Counted from the first letter of the stretch, positions 31,450 to 41,342 are shown. The stretch: 64,000 nt of DNA from an uncultured Chloroflexia bacterium (GCA_963793615.1 CAWCAN010000006.1:3499-67498); one strand, 5' to 3'. Notes: generated by a model from the letters alone, not told the origin. Program-made: numbers and translations.

Positions 31450-33440
31450 CAATATTCGCTTGCAACGTTTTCTGTATAGGGGGTTGCCCAACCCATTTTT
31501 GTCCTGATTTCTGCGGCTTTACCGCTTTCAATCTGTTCTTTCATGCGGAAATATTCCTCACGCAGACCCAGGCGGGTAAGGGTTTCAAGTGTGGGAAGTC
31601 CGGTGTTTTCATCCCACTCCCGCAGGCGATAGTAATCCGGCAGCATGATATCCAACCGGCATACACTGCCATTTGCATTACCCGAAGTGGACGGTTTGAG
31701 GGTGAAACGCCAGGGCAGCACATCATCCGCTGCGTCAATACCGTGCAGGGCATTGTATGCTCTCTGCAGGTTGTAAATCCGTTCACCGATGGCTTTTAAG
31801 CGAGGTACATCCATTTCCATGCCTGTGATATAAGAAATGGCATCAGCATTTTCCTGCCAGTACACTTCCGCCATCACAAATGTACCGCCAGATTTGCAGG
31901 TACCAACCGAATCAATGATTGCACCAAATTCTTCCCCATCCTTTACCAGGAAAGCTTTATGTTTTGTGGCAAGCGGTTCGACCAGTTCAGGCAGATATTC
32001 TTCACCGTAACGCCGAACTGCCTCGGATGGATAACCCGTTTCATCCAGGATGGGGAATGCCTTCAAATGGTCGGCTCCCCGGGTGGATGTTACATGCGCC
32101 AATCCCATGGATTGCTGCGCTCTGCCATCCTGGGCGGAGATATCCTGACCCTTGACATGCATGGCATACTTCACCGCTTCTCCACCTAAAATCCGGGCAG
32201 CATGCGAGGTGCCTTCTGCCAGCAGGTCAGCCAGTTTTCCCTGGCGGTTGGCAATCCGTTTCAGCAATTCCACCATGGTGGTGTAACTTCCCCAATTCAA
32301 ATTCAAACCTTCCCATTCTGATTTAGGCAGGATACCTTTTTCGGCCAGTTCCATGGCGAATGCAATAACCCCGCCGGCAGAGATGGTGTCCAATCCCAGG
32401 TCGTCACATAATTCATTCCCTTTTAAAACAGCGGGTAGATTCCTGTTACACAACCTGGCACCCAGTGAGTTCAGGGTTTCATATTCCACGCTGGAATCCA
32501 ACACACCCGCATATTCTCCCGAGGTTACTTCGTAAACCTTGTCACAACCGACCGGGCAATTGAAACAGGAAACATCCCGGTCAAAATGCTTCTCGTGAAG
32601 CATTTCGCCTGAGATTTCATCAAAACCTTCAAAACCGCCAAGCTGGAAGTTGCGGGTCGGAAACCGTCCCATGGGCTGCATCAATGCCACCAGACCCGGA
32701 GTACCAAAGCGGTGAACACCTGGGAAGAATTCATTGGTTCGAATTTCATCATGCATGCGCATGGAGAGTTCCATAAGTTTTTCAGGGTGAGCAACCGGAA
32801 TTGCGCCTGTACCTCGTACCGCGATGGCTTTAAGATTTTTCGAGCCCATGACAGCCCCGATGCCTGTGCGGGCTGCACTGCGGCGATAAGTTACCTGGAT
32901 ACTGGCAAAACGTACCAGGTTTTCACCCGCAGGACCAATTGCAGCAACTTTGAGGTCAGGGTCTTTTGCCAGAACTTTAAGCATCTGCTCTGTTTCGAAA
33001 ACACCTTTACCCCATAATGCGCTTGCCTGCCGCAATTCCACTTCAGCATCTTTTATCCATAAATAGACAGGCGCAGGCGATTTGCCTTCAAAAATGATCA
33101 AATCATAGCCAGCAAATTTCAATTCAGGACCAAAATGACCACCCGAGTTTGCATCCCCATACATCCCGGTCAGCGGGCTTTTGGCAATGAACTCCAGGCG
33201 ACCGGAATTCGGCATGGGGCTGGTGCATAAGGTTCCAGTGGAAACAATTAACTTGTTGTCCGGTGAGAGCGGGTCCACTTCGGGGGGGACCTCATCCCAC
33301 AAAATGCGGGTGCCAATCCCGTTACCACCCAAATAATTCTCCACCCAGTCCACGGGTAAAGGTAATTTTGAAATTGATCCGGTAGTCAGATTAACCCGCA
33401 AGTATTGACCCGCATATCCTTTATAGGGAAATTCGCTCAT
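31449..33440 (-). CDS. aldehyde:ferredoxin oxidoreductase-family (tungsto/molybdo-pterin) enzyme, copy 1
   Basis: 663 aa, intact. AFOR N-terminal domain (YAGQYLRVNLTTG...LGGNGIGTRILWDE) and 4Fe-4S ligands CFNCPVGC plus a downstream Cys are present, with an AOR C-terminal domain to the end. Confidence 0.9.
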   Translation of the reverse strand: MSEFPYKGYAGQYLRVNLTTGSISKLPLPVDWVENYLGGNGIGTRILWDEVPPEVDPLSPDNKLIVSTGTLCTSPMPNSGRLEFIAKSPLTGMYGDANSGGHFGPELKFAGYDLIIFEGKSPAPVYLWIKDAEVELRQASALWGKGVFETEQMLKVLAKDPDLKVAAIGPAGENLVRFASIQVTYRRSAARTGIGAVMGSKNLKAIAVRGTGAIPVAHPEKLMELSMRMHDEIRTNEFFPGVHRFGTPGLVALMQPMGRFPTRNFQLGGFEGFDEISGEMLHEKHFDRDVSCFNCPVGCDKVYEVTSGEYAGVLDSSVEYETLNSLGARLCNRNLPAVLKGNELCDDLGLDTISAGGVIAFAMELAEKGILPKSEWEGLNLNWGSYTTMVELLKRIANRQGKLADLLAEGTSHAARILGGEAVKYAMHVKGQDISAQDGRAQQSMGLAHVTSTRGADHLKAFPILDETGYPSEAVRRYGEEYLPELVEPLATKHKAFLVKDGEEFGAIIDSVGTCKSGGTFVMAEVYWQENADAISYITGMEMDVPRLKAIGERIYNLQRAYNALHGIDAADDVLPWRFTLKPSTSGNANGSVCRLDIMLPDYYRLREWDENTGLPTLETLTRLGLREEYFRMKEQIESGKAAEIRTKMGWATPYTENVASEY

Positions 33441-33961
33441 GATGTCCTCCGGGGTTTGATAACGCCGTCTGTTTCTTGCTGTTCAAGCAATGCATTGCGG
33501 GCATTTTTTAAGCGTTCATACACAACCTGGCCGCCTTGTAAAACGTCCACTTTCTGAATTGCTCCAGGAGCACACACTTTCACGCACCACGGGTCGCCAT
33601 CACACTGGTCACATTTAAGCGATACCAATCGGCCGTTTTTTCCTCTACCCGGCAATCTATGAACCTGAATGGCACCAATTTCACAAGCCCGGCTGCATTT
33701 CCCGCAACCCGTGCATAATGCTTCGGTTATCACAACTGCGCCAGCAGCATTTACGGCAATTGCATTTTCTGGGCAGACCGGGATGCAGGGTTTTTCATCA
33801 CAGGGTATGCAGGTAATTGGAATGATGACTTTTCGGTTTTCATCGTGCATCACTTGTATTCGCGATAAGTTGGTACTGACAGTGCCTTCATGCTTTAAGG
33901 AACAGAAAACAGTACATGCCATGCAACCGGTACATTTTTGCGGATCAATATCCAGATACAT
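33437..33961 (-). CDS. 4Fe-4S polyferredoxin (AOR electron-transfer subunit-like)
   Basis: Likely start MYLDIDPQKCTGCMAC at 33961. Four Cys clusters are present (CTGCMACTVFC, CIPCDEKPCIPVCP, CTGCGKCSRAC, CDQC...CVKVC). ATGA overlap with AOR copy 1. Confidence 0.8.
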   Translation of the reverse strand: MYLDIDPQKCTGCMACTVFCSLKHEGTVSTNLSRIQVMHDENRKVIIPITCIPCDEKPCIPVCPENAIAVNAAGAVVITEALCTGCGKCSRACEIGAIQVHRLPGRGKNGRLVSLKCDQCDGDPWCVKVCAPGAIQKVDVLQGGQVVYERLKNARNALLEQQETDGVIKPRRTS

Positions 33962-35333
33962 AACTTCCTTTCTGACGGGCAATGAACCGCCCGCTGCCGG
34001 CTTCGCCGATAAATTGACCATTGTGATAAACCACTTTCCCGCGTGCAATAGTTGTGACGGGGTATCCAGTCAGCTCCATACCTTCATAGGGTGTGTAATC
34101 AACATTTTCATGCAGTAAGGTATGCGTGAGCGTGACTTTGCGGGTTGGATCAAAAATAACTATGTCTGCATCAGAACCTTGTGCAAGACAACCTTTTTGC
34201 GGATACATGCCAAAAATGCGGGCTGGTGCAGTGCTGCAAATTTCCACCCAGCGCTCAAGGCTGATGTGACCCGATAGAACACCAAAAGTATGCATTAATG
34301 ACAACCGGCTTTCAATCCCGGGCAATCCTCCTGGAATTTGGGTAAAGGTCTTTCGCCCCAATTCTTTTTGTCCAGAAAAATTAAAGGGACAATGGTCTGT
34401 TCCAATAGTGCTGATGGTCTTGTCAGCCAGACCACTCCATAAGGCTGCCTGGTCATTACTCGTTCGTAATGGGGGTGAGCACACAAATTTTGCGCCTTCA
34501 AAATCCGGACGGAAGAGTTCTTGTTCGTCCAGTAACAGGTACTGGGGGCAGGTTTCAGCCAGGGCATTTACTCCCCGCAATTGTGCCTGGTGGACTGCTT
34601 GAACTGCACCGGCAGTAGACAGGTGAACGATGTACAACGCAGCATTGGTGACTTCAGATAGAGTAAGCGCCCTGGTTACCGCTTCCACTTCAGTGATGGC
34701 AGGTCGGGATGCGGCATGGTATTGGGGAGAGGTTTTCCCAGCTGCAGTCAATTCTTGTTTCAGGTAAGAAATGGCAGCATCATTTTCAGCGTGCACAAGT
34801 ACCAGACCGCCTGCCCGGTTTACTGTTTTCAGTGCTTGCAGAAATTCATTATCGGTAAGGCGAAAACCGTCATAAGTAAGATATGTTTTAAATGAAGTAA
34901 CACCATCTAGAATTAATGGGGGTATTTGGGAAAGCGTTTCCGGTTCGCTGTTAGTAATGGTCATATGCAGACCATAATCGGTAACTGTTTTTCCAGTTGC
35001 CTCTGCTTTGCGTTTTTCCAATGCCTGCAGCAAGGTCTCGCCGGATTCAGGTTCAATAAAGTCAATTACAGTGGTTGTTCCGCCGCAAATGGCTGCCCGT
35101 GTGCCTGTAAACCAATCATCGCTGGATGTTGTCTTCCCGACCGGCATTTGCAAATGGACATGGGGATCAATCCCGCCAGGGATTACCAGGCTGCCAGCCG
35201 CGTCAATTTCCTGTATGCCATGCAAACCGCGTTCGATGGCGGCAATTTTTTCATTGATAATGCCAATGTCCGCCTGGATGACTCCCCAGCCAGACACGAG
35301 AGTACCGTTGCGGATAACGGTGTCAAACTGCAT
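33945..35333 (-). CDS. D-hydantoinase/dihydropyrimidinase-family cyclic amidohydrolase
   Basis: 462 aa, intact. GGIDPHVHL metal site, SFKTYLTY (carboxylated-Lys position), VHAEN, HLS and GTDHCPF are present. Confidence 0.85.
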   Translation of the reverse strand: MQFDTVIRNGTLVSGWGVIQADIGIINEKIAAIERGLHGIQEIDAAGSLVIPGGIDPHVHLQMPVGKTTSSDDWFTGTRAAICGGTTTVIDFIEPESGETLLQALEKRKAEATGKTVTDYGLHMTITNSEPETLSQIPPLILDGVTSFKTYLTYDGFRLTDNEFLQALKTVNRAGGLVLVHAENDAAISYLKQELTAAGKTSPQYHAASRPAITEVEAVTRALTLSEVTNAALYIVHLSTAGAVQAVHQAQLRGVNALAETCPQYLLLDEQELFRPDFEGAKFVCSPPLRTSNDQAALWSGLADKTISTIGTDHCPFNFSGQKELGRKTFTQIPGGLPGIESRLSLMHTFGVLSGHISLERWVEICSTAPARIFGMYPQKGCLAQGSDADIVIFDPTRKVTLTHTLLHENVDYTPYEGMELTGYPVTTIARGKVVYHNGQFIGEAGSGRFIARQKGSYVSGY

Positions 35334-37201
35334 AATCCACCAGATCCAACCGCTTTAGTGTATGTGCTGTCGGCTTACCCTTTTCATCCCAACCACGCAA
35401 TTGATAATAGCGCTGCAGCATGGCATCGAAGTTTTTAATGCTGGCAACCGTCACCGGTTTTTCTGAACGGGATGGCATCACCCCCGTCTGCTGAAGGGGT
35501 GTAGGTATAGATTTCTAGGGGTTCCTTGGTAAATCTGCCTGGAAGTACGTCCTGGCGGCTGTCGAATCCATGCCGTACGTTGAATTGTCTCTCCAGGTTC
35601 ACAATGCGTTCACCGGCAGTTAACAAGTCTTTGCCTGATACAGGGATGCCCAGGGAAGTTAATCCATCCGCCAGGTCATCCACCATGACTACATACGTCT
35701 CTGCCGTGCTGAACTTGCACAAACCCAGTGAATCAATCACTGCGCAAAAATTCTCGCCGTATTGCAAAACATCCGCCTTATAGGTCTCATCGGCACTGTC
35801 CATCAACTTCGGCAGATATTCTTCCGGGAAAAGTTTTCGTGCTGCTTCCCAGTTTCCTGCCAGGTCGATTGTGGGTAACCCATACAGATGGTCAGCTCCA
35901 CGATTGCTGGTGGCATGTCCCAAACCGAAAGTTTTTGCCACCCGGGGTTCCTGGCGGGGTAATTCAACCCCTTTTACCTGCATGGCATATTGAGCGGAAT
36001 CTTTTCCAATTTTTACAGCAGCCCGGGAAACACCTTCTGCAAGAATATCACCCAAGCCCTGGCGGTTGGCAATGGCATCAATCAGTCCCAGGATGGTTTC
36101 GGCATCACCCCATTCAAGGGAAAAATGGGGATCATCCAAAATTCCACGTTGGTGGCATTCCATTGCAAAAGCGATGCACACACCCGTGGAGATGGTGTCC
36201 AATCCATGTTCATTGCACAGGTAATTGGCGCGGATGACCACTTCCGGGTCCCGGTTATATACCAGTGGTCCAAATGCATCTGTGGTTTCATATTCGGGAC
36301 CTTCAATTACATTTTCAACGTTGTTATTCAGGATGGTTGAACGTCGGGAGCAGCGCATGGGACAGGCAGCACAACCTTTGCGCTTGGTCCAATACTGTTC
36401 GAAGGATTGCTGGCTGAGACTGGAGATAAATGGTATCTGGCTGGTCTGATGGTTTTTTGCCGGCAAGTCGCCAGACATGTTTTTAATGCTCATTAAAAAC
36501 AAGGTGGAACCGTTCATCAGACCCTGCGAGCCAGGGTGGTTGATCAGGCGTTGATTGGTCTGCCTGACAAGTGCTGTAAACTCTGGTTCAAATGTTGGTC
36601 GGCGGCTGGCAATGACGTGAATGGCTTTGAGATTCTTGCTGCCCATCACGGCACCTGGTCCGGTTCGGGCGGCTGCCCTGCCGCCATCGTTGATAATCGC
36701 GGCGATTTTGACCAGGTTTTCACCGGCTACTCCAATGGCAGCAACCCGTCCACCTGCCTGGGCAATTAAGGTCTCCTCCACCTGGGAGGTGGTGAGACCC
36801 CACAGGTTATCAGCAGGGAAAATGGTGATAGTGTCATCGCGGACTTCAAGATAACTCGGGGAGGGGGCTTTTCCGGTAATGATGAGCGCATCAAAACCCG
36901 CCCGGCTCAATTCCGGTCCAAAATGACCGCCAGCATTGGCATAGCCGTACGCACCAGTGGCAGGGGATTTAAAAGTTACATGGTAACGGGAGGAAGTCGG
37001 CCAGGGAGTTCCATTGAGCGGACCGGACGTGAAAATGATACAATTTTCTGGATCAAAAGGCTGCACTTCCGGGGAAACCATCTGGTACAGGTAGGCTGCA
37101 CCCAGACCGCGCCCACCCAGGAATTTACGCAATAAAATTGGGTCAGTCTCTTTTTGTGTTATCAGACCGGTCGTCAGGTTAATGGTTGCAGTAATTCCCA
37201 T
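35323..37201 (-). CDS. aldehyde:ferredoxin oxidoreductase-family enzyme, copy 2 (frame break ~35450 near the 3' end)
   Basis: ORF 35435..37201 carries the AFOR N and C domains and CAACPMRC. A shifted frame continues SEKPVTVASIKNFDAMLQRYYQLRGWDEKGKPTAHTLKRLDLVDYAV*, the typical AOR C-terminus. Its stop at 35323 overlaps the hydantoinase start by 11 nt. Confidence 0.85.
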
Positions 37202-37222
37202 GGAGAGCCTCTCAATTTGATT

Positions 37223-37759
37223 TTAAAAAGCAGGTGGGGTCATTATGCAGATGACATACAACTCATCATTTCCAATGGATGCAAATGAACGCAATTGTGC
37301 ACCTTCATATTGGACGCTATCGCCAGGATTCAACTGGTAAGAACGTTCACCCAAAACAATTTCCATTGAACCCTGAATCACAATCATCACTTCTTCAGTT
37401 GGCTGGAAAAGCGGCTGGGCGACCTGGCGGGTACCGGATTTGAGATGAATGGCAAAACAACCCAACTGGCGGGCAAGGTCACTGGTAAGTAATTCATATT
37501 CCACCCGGCTGCTGGGAAAGCTGAGTTTTTTACGCTGGTTCCGGCGCACAACCACTTCGGTTTGCTGTTCGCCGTCCAATAATGCAAACATGGGGACTTT
37601 TAATGCCGTGGCAATACGCTGCAGGGAACTGATGGAGGGCGAAGTGGCATCATTCTCCACCTGGCTGAGAAAACTGGCAGTCAGTTCGGTCAAATCACCC
37701 AACTCACGCAGGCTTAACCCCAATTCTTTACGTCGCTCGTGCAATTTTTTCCCGATCAT
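37223..37759 (-). CDS. XRE-family HTH plus cupin-domain transcriptional regulator
   Basis: HTH_3 (LRELGDLTELTASFLSQVENDATSPSISSLQRIATAL) and a C-terminal cupin_2 domain. Ends 21 nt upstream of AOR copy 2 on the same strand. Confidence 0.85.
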   Translation of the reverse strand: MIGKKLHERRKELGLSLRELGDLTELTASFLSQVENDATSPSISSLQRIATALKVPMFALLDGEQQTEVVVRRNQRKKLSFPSSRVEYELLTSDLARQLGCFAIHLKSGTRQVAQPLFQPTEEVMIVIQGSMEIVLGERSYQLNPGDSVQYEGAQLRSFASIGNDELYVICIMTPPAF

Positions 37760-37790
37760 TCCTATTAGTATAGAAAATGGGGCAAGGTTT

Positions 37791-37825
37791 TGTCAAGTGA
37801 CATTTGATATATGTTCAGTGACAGT
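37791..37825. promoter_or_regulatory. candidate operator: TGTCA-N2-TGACA palindrome plus imperfect palindrome ttcagtgacagtgaa (AGTGACA repeated 21 bp apart)
   Basis: Read directly in the 260-bp divergent spacer between the XRE-cupin gene and the YgeW-like gene. Confidence 0.25.
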
Positions 37826-38019
37826 GAATATTTTTCAGATACTTTGAGATTAAAGAAACTATAATGTGATTAATGTTATCTTGAAGCCAGTATGGCTTTA
37901 TGATATGATATTTCTGTAAATCTACACTGTACAATTTCAAGTGGAGATAAACACCAGCCTGTGATTTCACCAAACAAGGTATACCATCTCATTTTTTACA
38001 TCTGTTACGGAGGAATTGT

Positions 38020-39081
38020 ATGAAGACGACAAGTTTCAAAGGTCGTGATTTCCTGGCAGAAACTGATTTTACCCGCGAGGAAATCGAAACTGTATTAACT
38101 GTTGCCGAGGAATTGAAAAAAGACCGGGCAATGGGTCACTATCATGACCAGCTCCTGCGTTCCAAAACCCTGTTCATGATTTTTTACAACCAGTCATTAC
38201 GCACCCGCAATTCTTTCGAAGCCGGAATGACGCAGCTTGGCGGTCATGCCCACTATCTTGACCCTGACAAAATTTACAAACCCGCCCTGGAAGGCCGCGA
38301 AATTGCCTACACCACCGAGCGTGTTTCGGATGTTGCCCGGGTGCTGGACCGCATGGGTGATGCCATCGCCATCCGCTGTTATGGCGATCCGGTCGACTGG
38401 GAATATGGTGGAGCCCACGCCATGCTGCGCGAATTTGCCAAATGGGCAGATATTCCGGTCCTGAACATGGAAGATGACATTTACCATCCTTTCCAGGGTC
38501 TGGCAGATGTGTTGACCGTCAAAGAGAAATTTGGCGGTTTCAAAGGCGTAAAATTCACCATGTCCTGGGCATATTCCCCCAGTGTGCATAAACCACGGGC
38601 TGTTCCGCAATCTGCCATCCTGTATGCCACCATGCTGGGCATGGATGTCACCCTGGCACACCCCAAGGGAATGGAACTGGCTCCGGATATCATGGCTCAA
38701 TGCAAAACCTATGCGGAAGACGCTGGCGGTTCCTTCAATTACACAGACAATTTTGAAGACGGTGTTGAAGGTGCGCATGTGGTCTACCCGAAAGCCTGGT
38801 GCGCCACTCCCATTTTCTTGCAACCCATCGGTGAGAACGATCCCAAGAAAACACAGGCGATTTTCGATGCCCATAAGGATTGGAAATGCACTGCAGATAC
38901 CATGAAGCTGGCTGATAAAAACGCCATCTACCTGCACTGTCTTCCCGCTGACCGGGGTTATGAAGTTTCGAATGAGGTGATGGATAAAACCAGTGGACCC
39001 GGCTGGAAATCCGCCATCTTTGATCAGGCTGAAAACAGGCTGCATGTTCAAAAAGCAGTCATGAGCCTGGTGATGCAATAA
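38020..39081 (+). CDS. YgeW-type (knotted) carbamoyltransferase
   Basis: SLRTRNSFE carbamoyl-phosphate motif and HCLPADRG. From my memory of E. coli YgeW, it also shows YgeW-like blocks WAYSPSVHKPRAVPQS, GMDVTLAHPKG, VVYPKAW and HKDWKCT. Confidence 0.75.
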   Translation: MKTTSFKGRDFLAETDFTREEIETVLTVAEELKKDRAMGHYHDQLLRSKTLFMIFYNQSLRTRNSFEAGMTQLGGHAHYLDPDKIYKPALEGREIAYTTERVSDVARVLDRMGDAIAIRCYGDPVDWEYGGAHAMLREFAKWADIPVLNMEDDIYHPFQGLADVLTVKEKFGGFKGVKFTMSWAYSPSVHKPRAVPQSAILYATMLGMDVTLAHPKGMELAPDIMAQCKTYAEDAGGSFNYTDNFEDGVEGAHVVYPKAWCATPIFLQPIGENDPKKTQAIFDAHKDWKCTADTMKLADKNAIYLHCLPADRGYEVSNEVMDKTSGPGWKSAIFDQAENRLHVQKAVMSLVMQ

Positions 39082-39091
39082 GGTTGGATGT

Positions 39092-39121
39092 ACGAGCGGG
39101 CTGAAAAGCCCGCTCGTTTTG
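39092..39121 (+). terminator. rho-independent terminator after the carbamoyltransferase gene
   Basis: Stem acgagcgggc / gcccgctcgt with a 6-nt loop, then tttt. Confidence 0.75.
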
Positions 39122-39230
39122 CAAATCTCAGGCAGCACGCTTAATTGGGAATTTATACCCCCACTATTTGAATGCATGATGCCTGGAATATATTTTATGT
39201 TTATGATTGTTTATTGAAGTGGAGGATGCC

Positions 39231-40250
39231 ATGGCACAACGAATGGCGCTTTATTTACAGGATAAACATGATATCCGTTATGAATTGGAAATAGCCCAGT
39301 ATGCTGAAGACCGTGGTTTCAGCGAAATCTGGCAGGCGGATACCCGGCTGGCGCGTGACTGTATAGTGATGATGAGTGCCTTTCTCACGCATACCAAAAA
39401 ACTGCGTATTGGATCCGGCGTGCTGCCTATTTGGACCCGCAACGCTGCCGTGATTGCTGCCACCTGGAGCAGCATGTGGGAACTGGGTGGCAAAATTGAT
39501 GGTCGTTCGCGGGTAATGCTCGGATTAGGTGCCTGGTGGGAACCGATTGCCGGACGGGTTGGGGTGAATCGCATCAAACCGTTGAAAGCCATGCGGGAAA
39601 ATGTAGAAGCCATCAGGCAGCTATTTACGATGAAAGAAGTTACTTACCAGGGTGAATTTGTGCAATTGGACCGCATCAACCTGGACGTGGCATTTGGTGA
39701 TAAAAGTCCGCGGGATATACCCATTTATATTGGGGCAACCGGCGACAAAATGCTGGAACTGGCTGGAGAAATTTGCGATGGCGTGGTATTGAATTACGTC
39801 GTTTCGGTCGATTACATCAAGGAAGCCATCCGCAAGGTGGAAGTTGGTGCCCAAAAAGTTGGCAAGACCATAAAGGATATTGACCTGCCAGAACTACTGG
39901 TATGTTCGTTATCCGATAAAGACCCGAAGGCTGCCATGGCAGAAGGAAAGAAACTGGTGGCGTATTACCTGGCAACTGAACCCCACATCATGAAAGCCAG
40001 CCATGTCAGCGAGGAATTGCTGGAAAAAGTGCAGGCAATCATGTCCTGGCCGGCTACGGAAGACGATTATATTCGTGCCAGCCAGGTGATACCGGATGAT
40101 GTGGTTCGGCAGTTAATGGCGGTTGGCACAACGGAGGATTGCCGTGCCAAGGTGAAGGAATATATTGATGCCGGGGTTACCTGCCCGATCCTCTTCCCGA
40201 TGATGCCGGACATCAAGCCGGTGGTGGATGCCTTTGCGGATTGGGGATAA
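39231..40250 (+). CDS. LLM-class (luciferase-like) flavin/F420-dependent oxidoreductase
   Basis: ORF 39207..40250. The ATG at 39231 is preceded by GGAGG. A TIM-barrel LLM pattern ([47 protein letters not shown]) is present. Confidence 0.8.
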   Translation: MAQRMALYLQDKHDIRYELEIAQYAEDRGFSEIWQADTRLARDCIVMMSAFLTHTKKLRIGSGVLPIWTRNAAVIAATWSSMWELGGKIDGRSRVMLGLGAWWEPIAGRVGVNRIKPLKAMRENVEAIRQLFTMKEVTYQGEFVQLDRINLDVAFGDKSPRDIPIYIGATGDKMLELAGEICDGVVLNYVVSVDYIKEAIRKVEVGAQKVGKTIKDIDLPELLVCSLSDKDPKAAMAEGKKLVAYYLATEPHIMKASHVSEELLEKVQAIMSWPATEDDYIRASQVIPDDVVRQLMAVGTTEDCRAKVKEYIDAGVTCPILFPMMPDIKPVVDAFADWG

Positions 40251-40273
40251 GGTTTATGTTTTGGTTAGTAGAG

Positions 40274-40308
40274 CAAAGCAGTCTCATTAATGAGACTGCT
40301 TTGTTTTT
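40274..40308 (+). terminator. rho-independent terminator after the LLM gene
   Basis: 13-bp perfect stem caaagcagtctca / tgagactgctttg with loop ttaa, then ttttt. Confidence 0.75.
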
Positions 40309-40596
40309 GTCATCCTGAATGTAACGAAGGATCTCGCATTGAAATCAAATTCCCGTGCGAGATGTTTCGCTTCACTCAACATGACAGGCGGTGATGTACC
40401 CGAGAGTACGAGGTTGCCTTGAAAAATTCCCGGGCGAGATGTTTCGCTTCGCTCAACATGACAGGGGTGATTGTCACCCTGAGTGAAACGAAGGGTCTCG
40501 CCTTGAAAAAATTCCCGGGCAAGATGTTTCGCTTCGCTCAACATGACAGGTCAGATGTCATCCTGAGGGAGGCCGCCAATTCCCTGAAAATTCCCA
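40309..40596. repeat. about 3.5 tandem copies of a ~77-85-bp internally palindromic element
   Basis: Units end at 40388, 40465 and 40550 with (c)gagatgtttcgcttc[a/g]ctcaacatgacagg. Each unit starts with the inverse-complement-like arm gtcatcctga.tg.aacgaagg.tctcg. Confidence 0.8.
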
Positions 40597-40602
40597 CAAG
40601 CC

Positions 40603-41238
40603 TTAAAACACCACTTCCTCTTTCCCTGAAAGCTTGTCGTTGATTATTTCCACCACCTGGTCCAAATGTTTTGGCAGGTGAACAAAGTCCAGATCATCCG
40701 TGCGCAGGGTGAGCACCGGGCATAGGTCAAAAGTTTTCAACCATTCATCATAATAAGAATCAAGCAGGGTAAGGTATTCCGCAGTTATGCCGGTTTCAAT
40801 ATTGCGTGCCCGGCTGTGGATGCGATTCATCAAAACAGAGACAGGGGCTTTGAGATAGATGAGCAGGGAAGGGGCTGGCAGACTTTGCACAATCAGTTCG
40901 AACAACTTGCGATAAGACGAATAATCCAGTTCATTCAAATTTCCCATACTGTGGAGTGCACGGGCAAAAATGAAGGCATCTTCATAAATACTGCGGTCAA
41001 TGATGGCATTGCGCGGGTCACTCCACATATCCAGGTGCTGCTGGGCGCGGTGACCGAGGAAATAGATTTGCAGATGGAAAGACCAGCTTTTCATATCTTT
41101 GTAAAAATTGGGCAGGTAGGGGTTATCGGCAACGGATTCGTAGGCGGTCAGCCAGCCCAACCGTTCACCAATCTTCTCGGTCAAGGATGTTTTACCGGAA
41201 CCAATATTGCCTGCCACCAATATGAGTCTTTTTGCCAT
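40603..41238 (-). CDS. deoxynucleoside kinase
   Basis: P-loop GNIGSGKTSL, ERSIYED-like DRSIYEDAFIF and the arginine-rich lid RIHSRAR. Confidence 0.85.
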   Translation of the reverse strand: MAKRLILVAGNIGSGKTSLTEKIGERLGWLTAYESVADNPYLPNFYKDMKSWSFHLQIYFLGHRAQQHLDMWSDPRNAIIDRSIYEDAFIFARALHSMGNLNELDYSSYRKLFELIVQSLPAPSLLIYLKAPVSVLMNRIHSRARNIETGITAEYLTLLDSYYDEWLKTFDLCPVLTLRTDDLDFVHLPKHLDQVVEIINDKLSGKEEVVF

Positions 41239-41342
41239 GTGGTTCTCCTTTTTACTGCATCCAATACGTGCATATTATATATGATTCAGCATGCTGCATT
41301 CGTTACGACTTCATTTTGAAATAATTTACTATAATTAGCACT

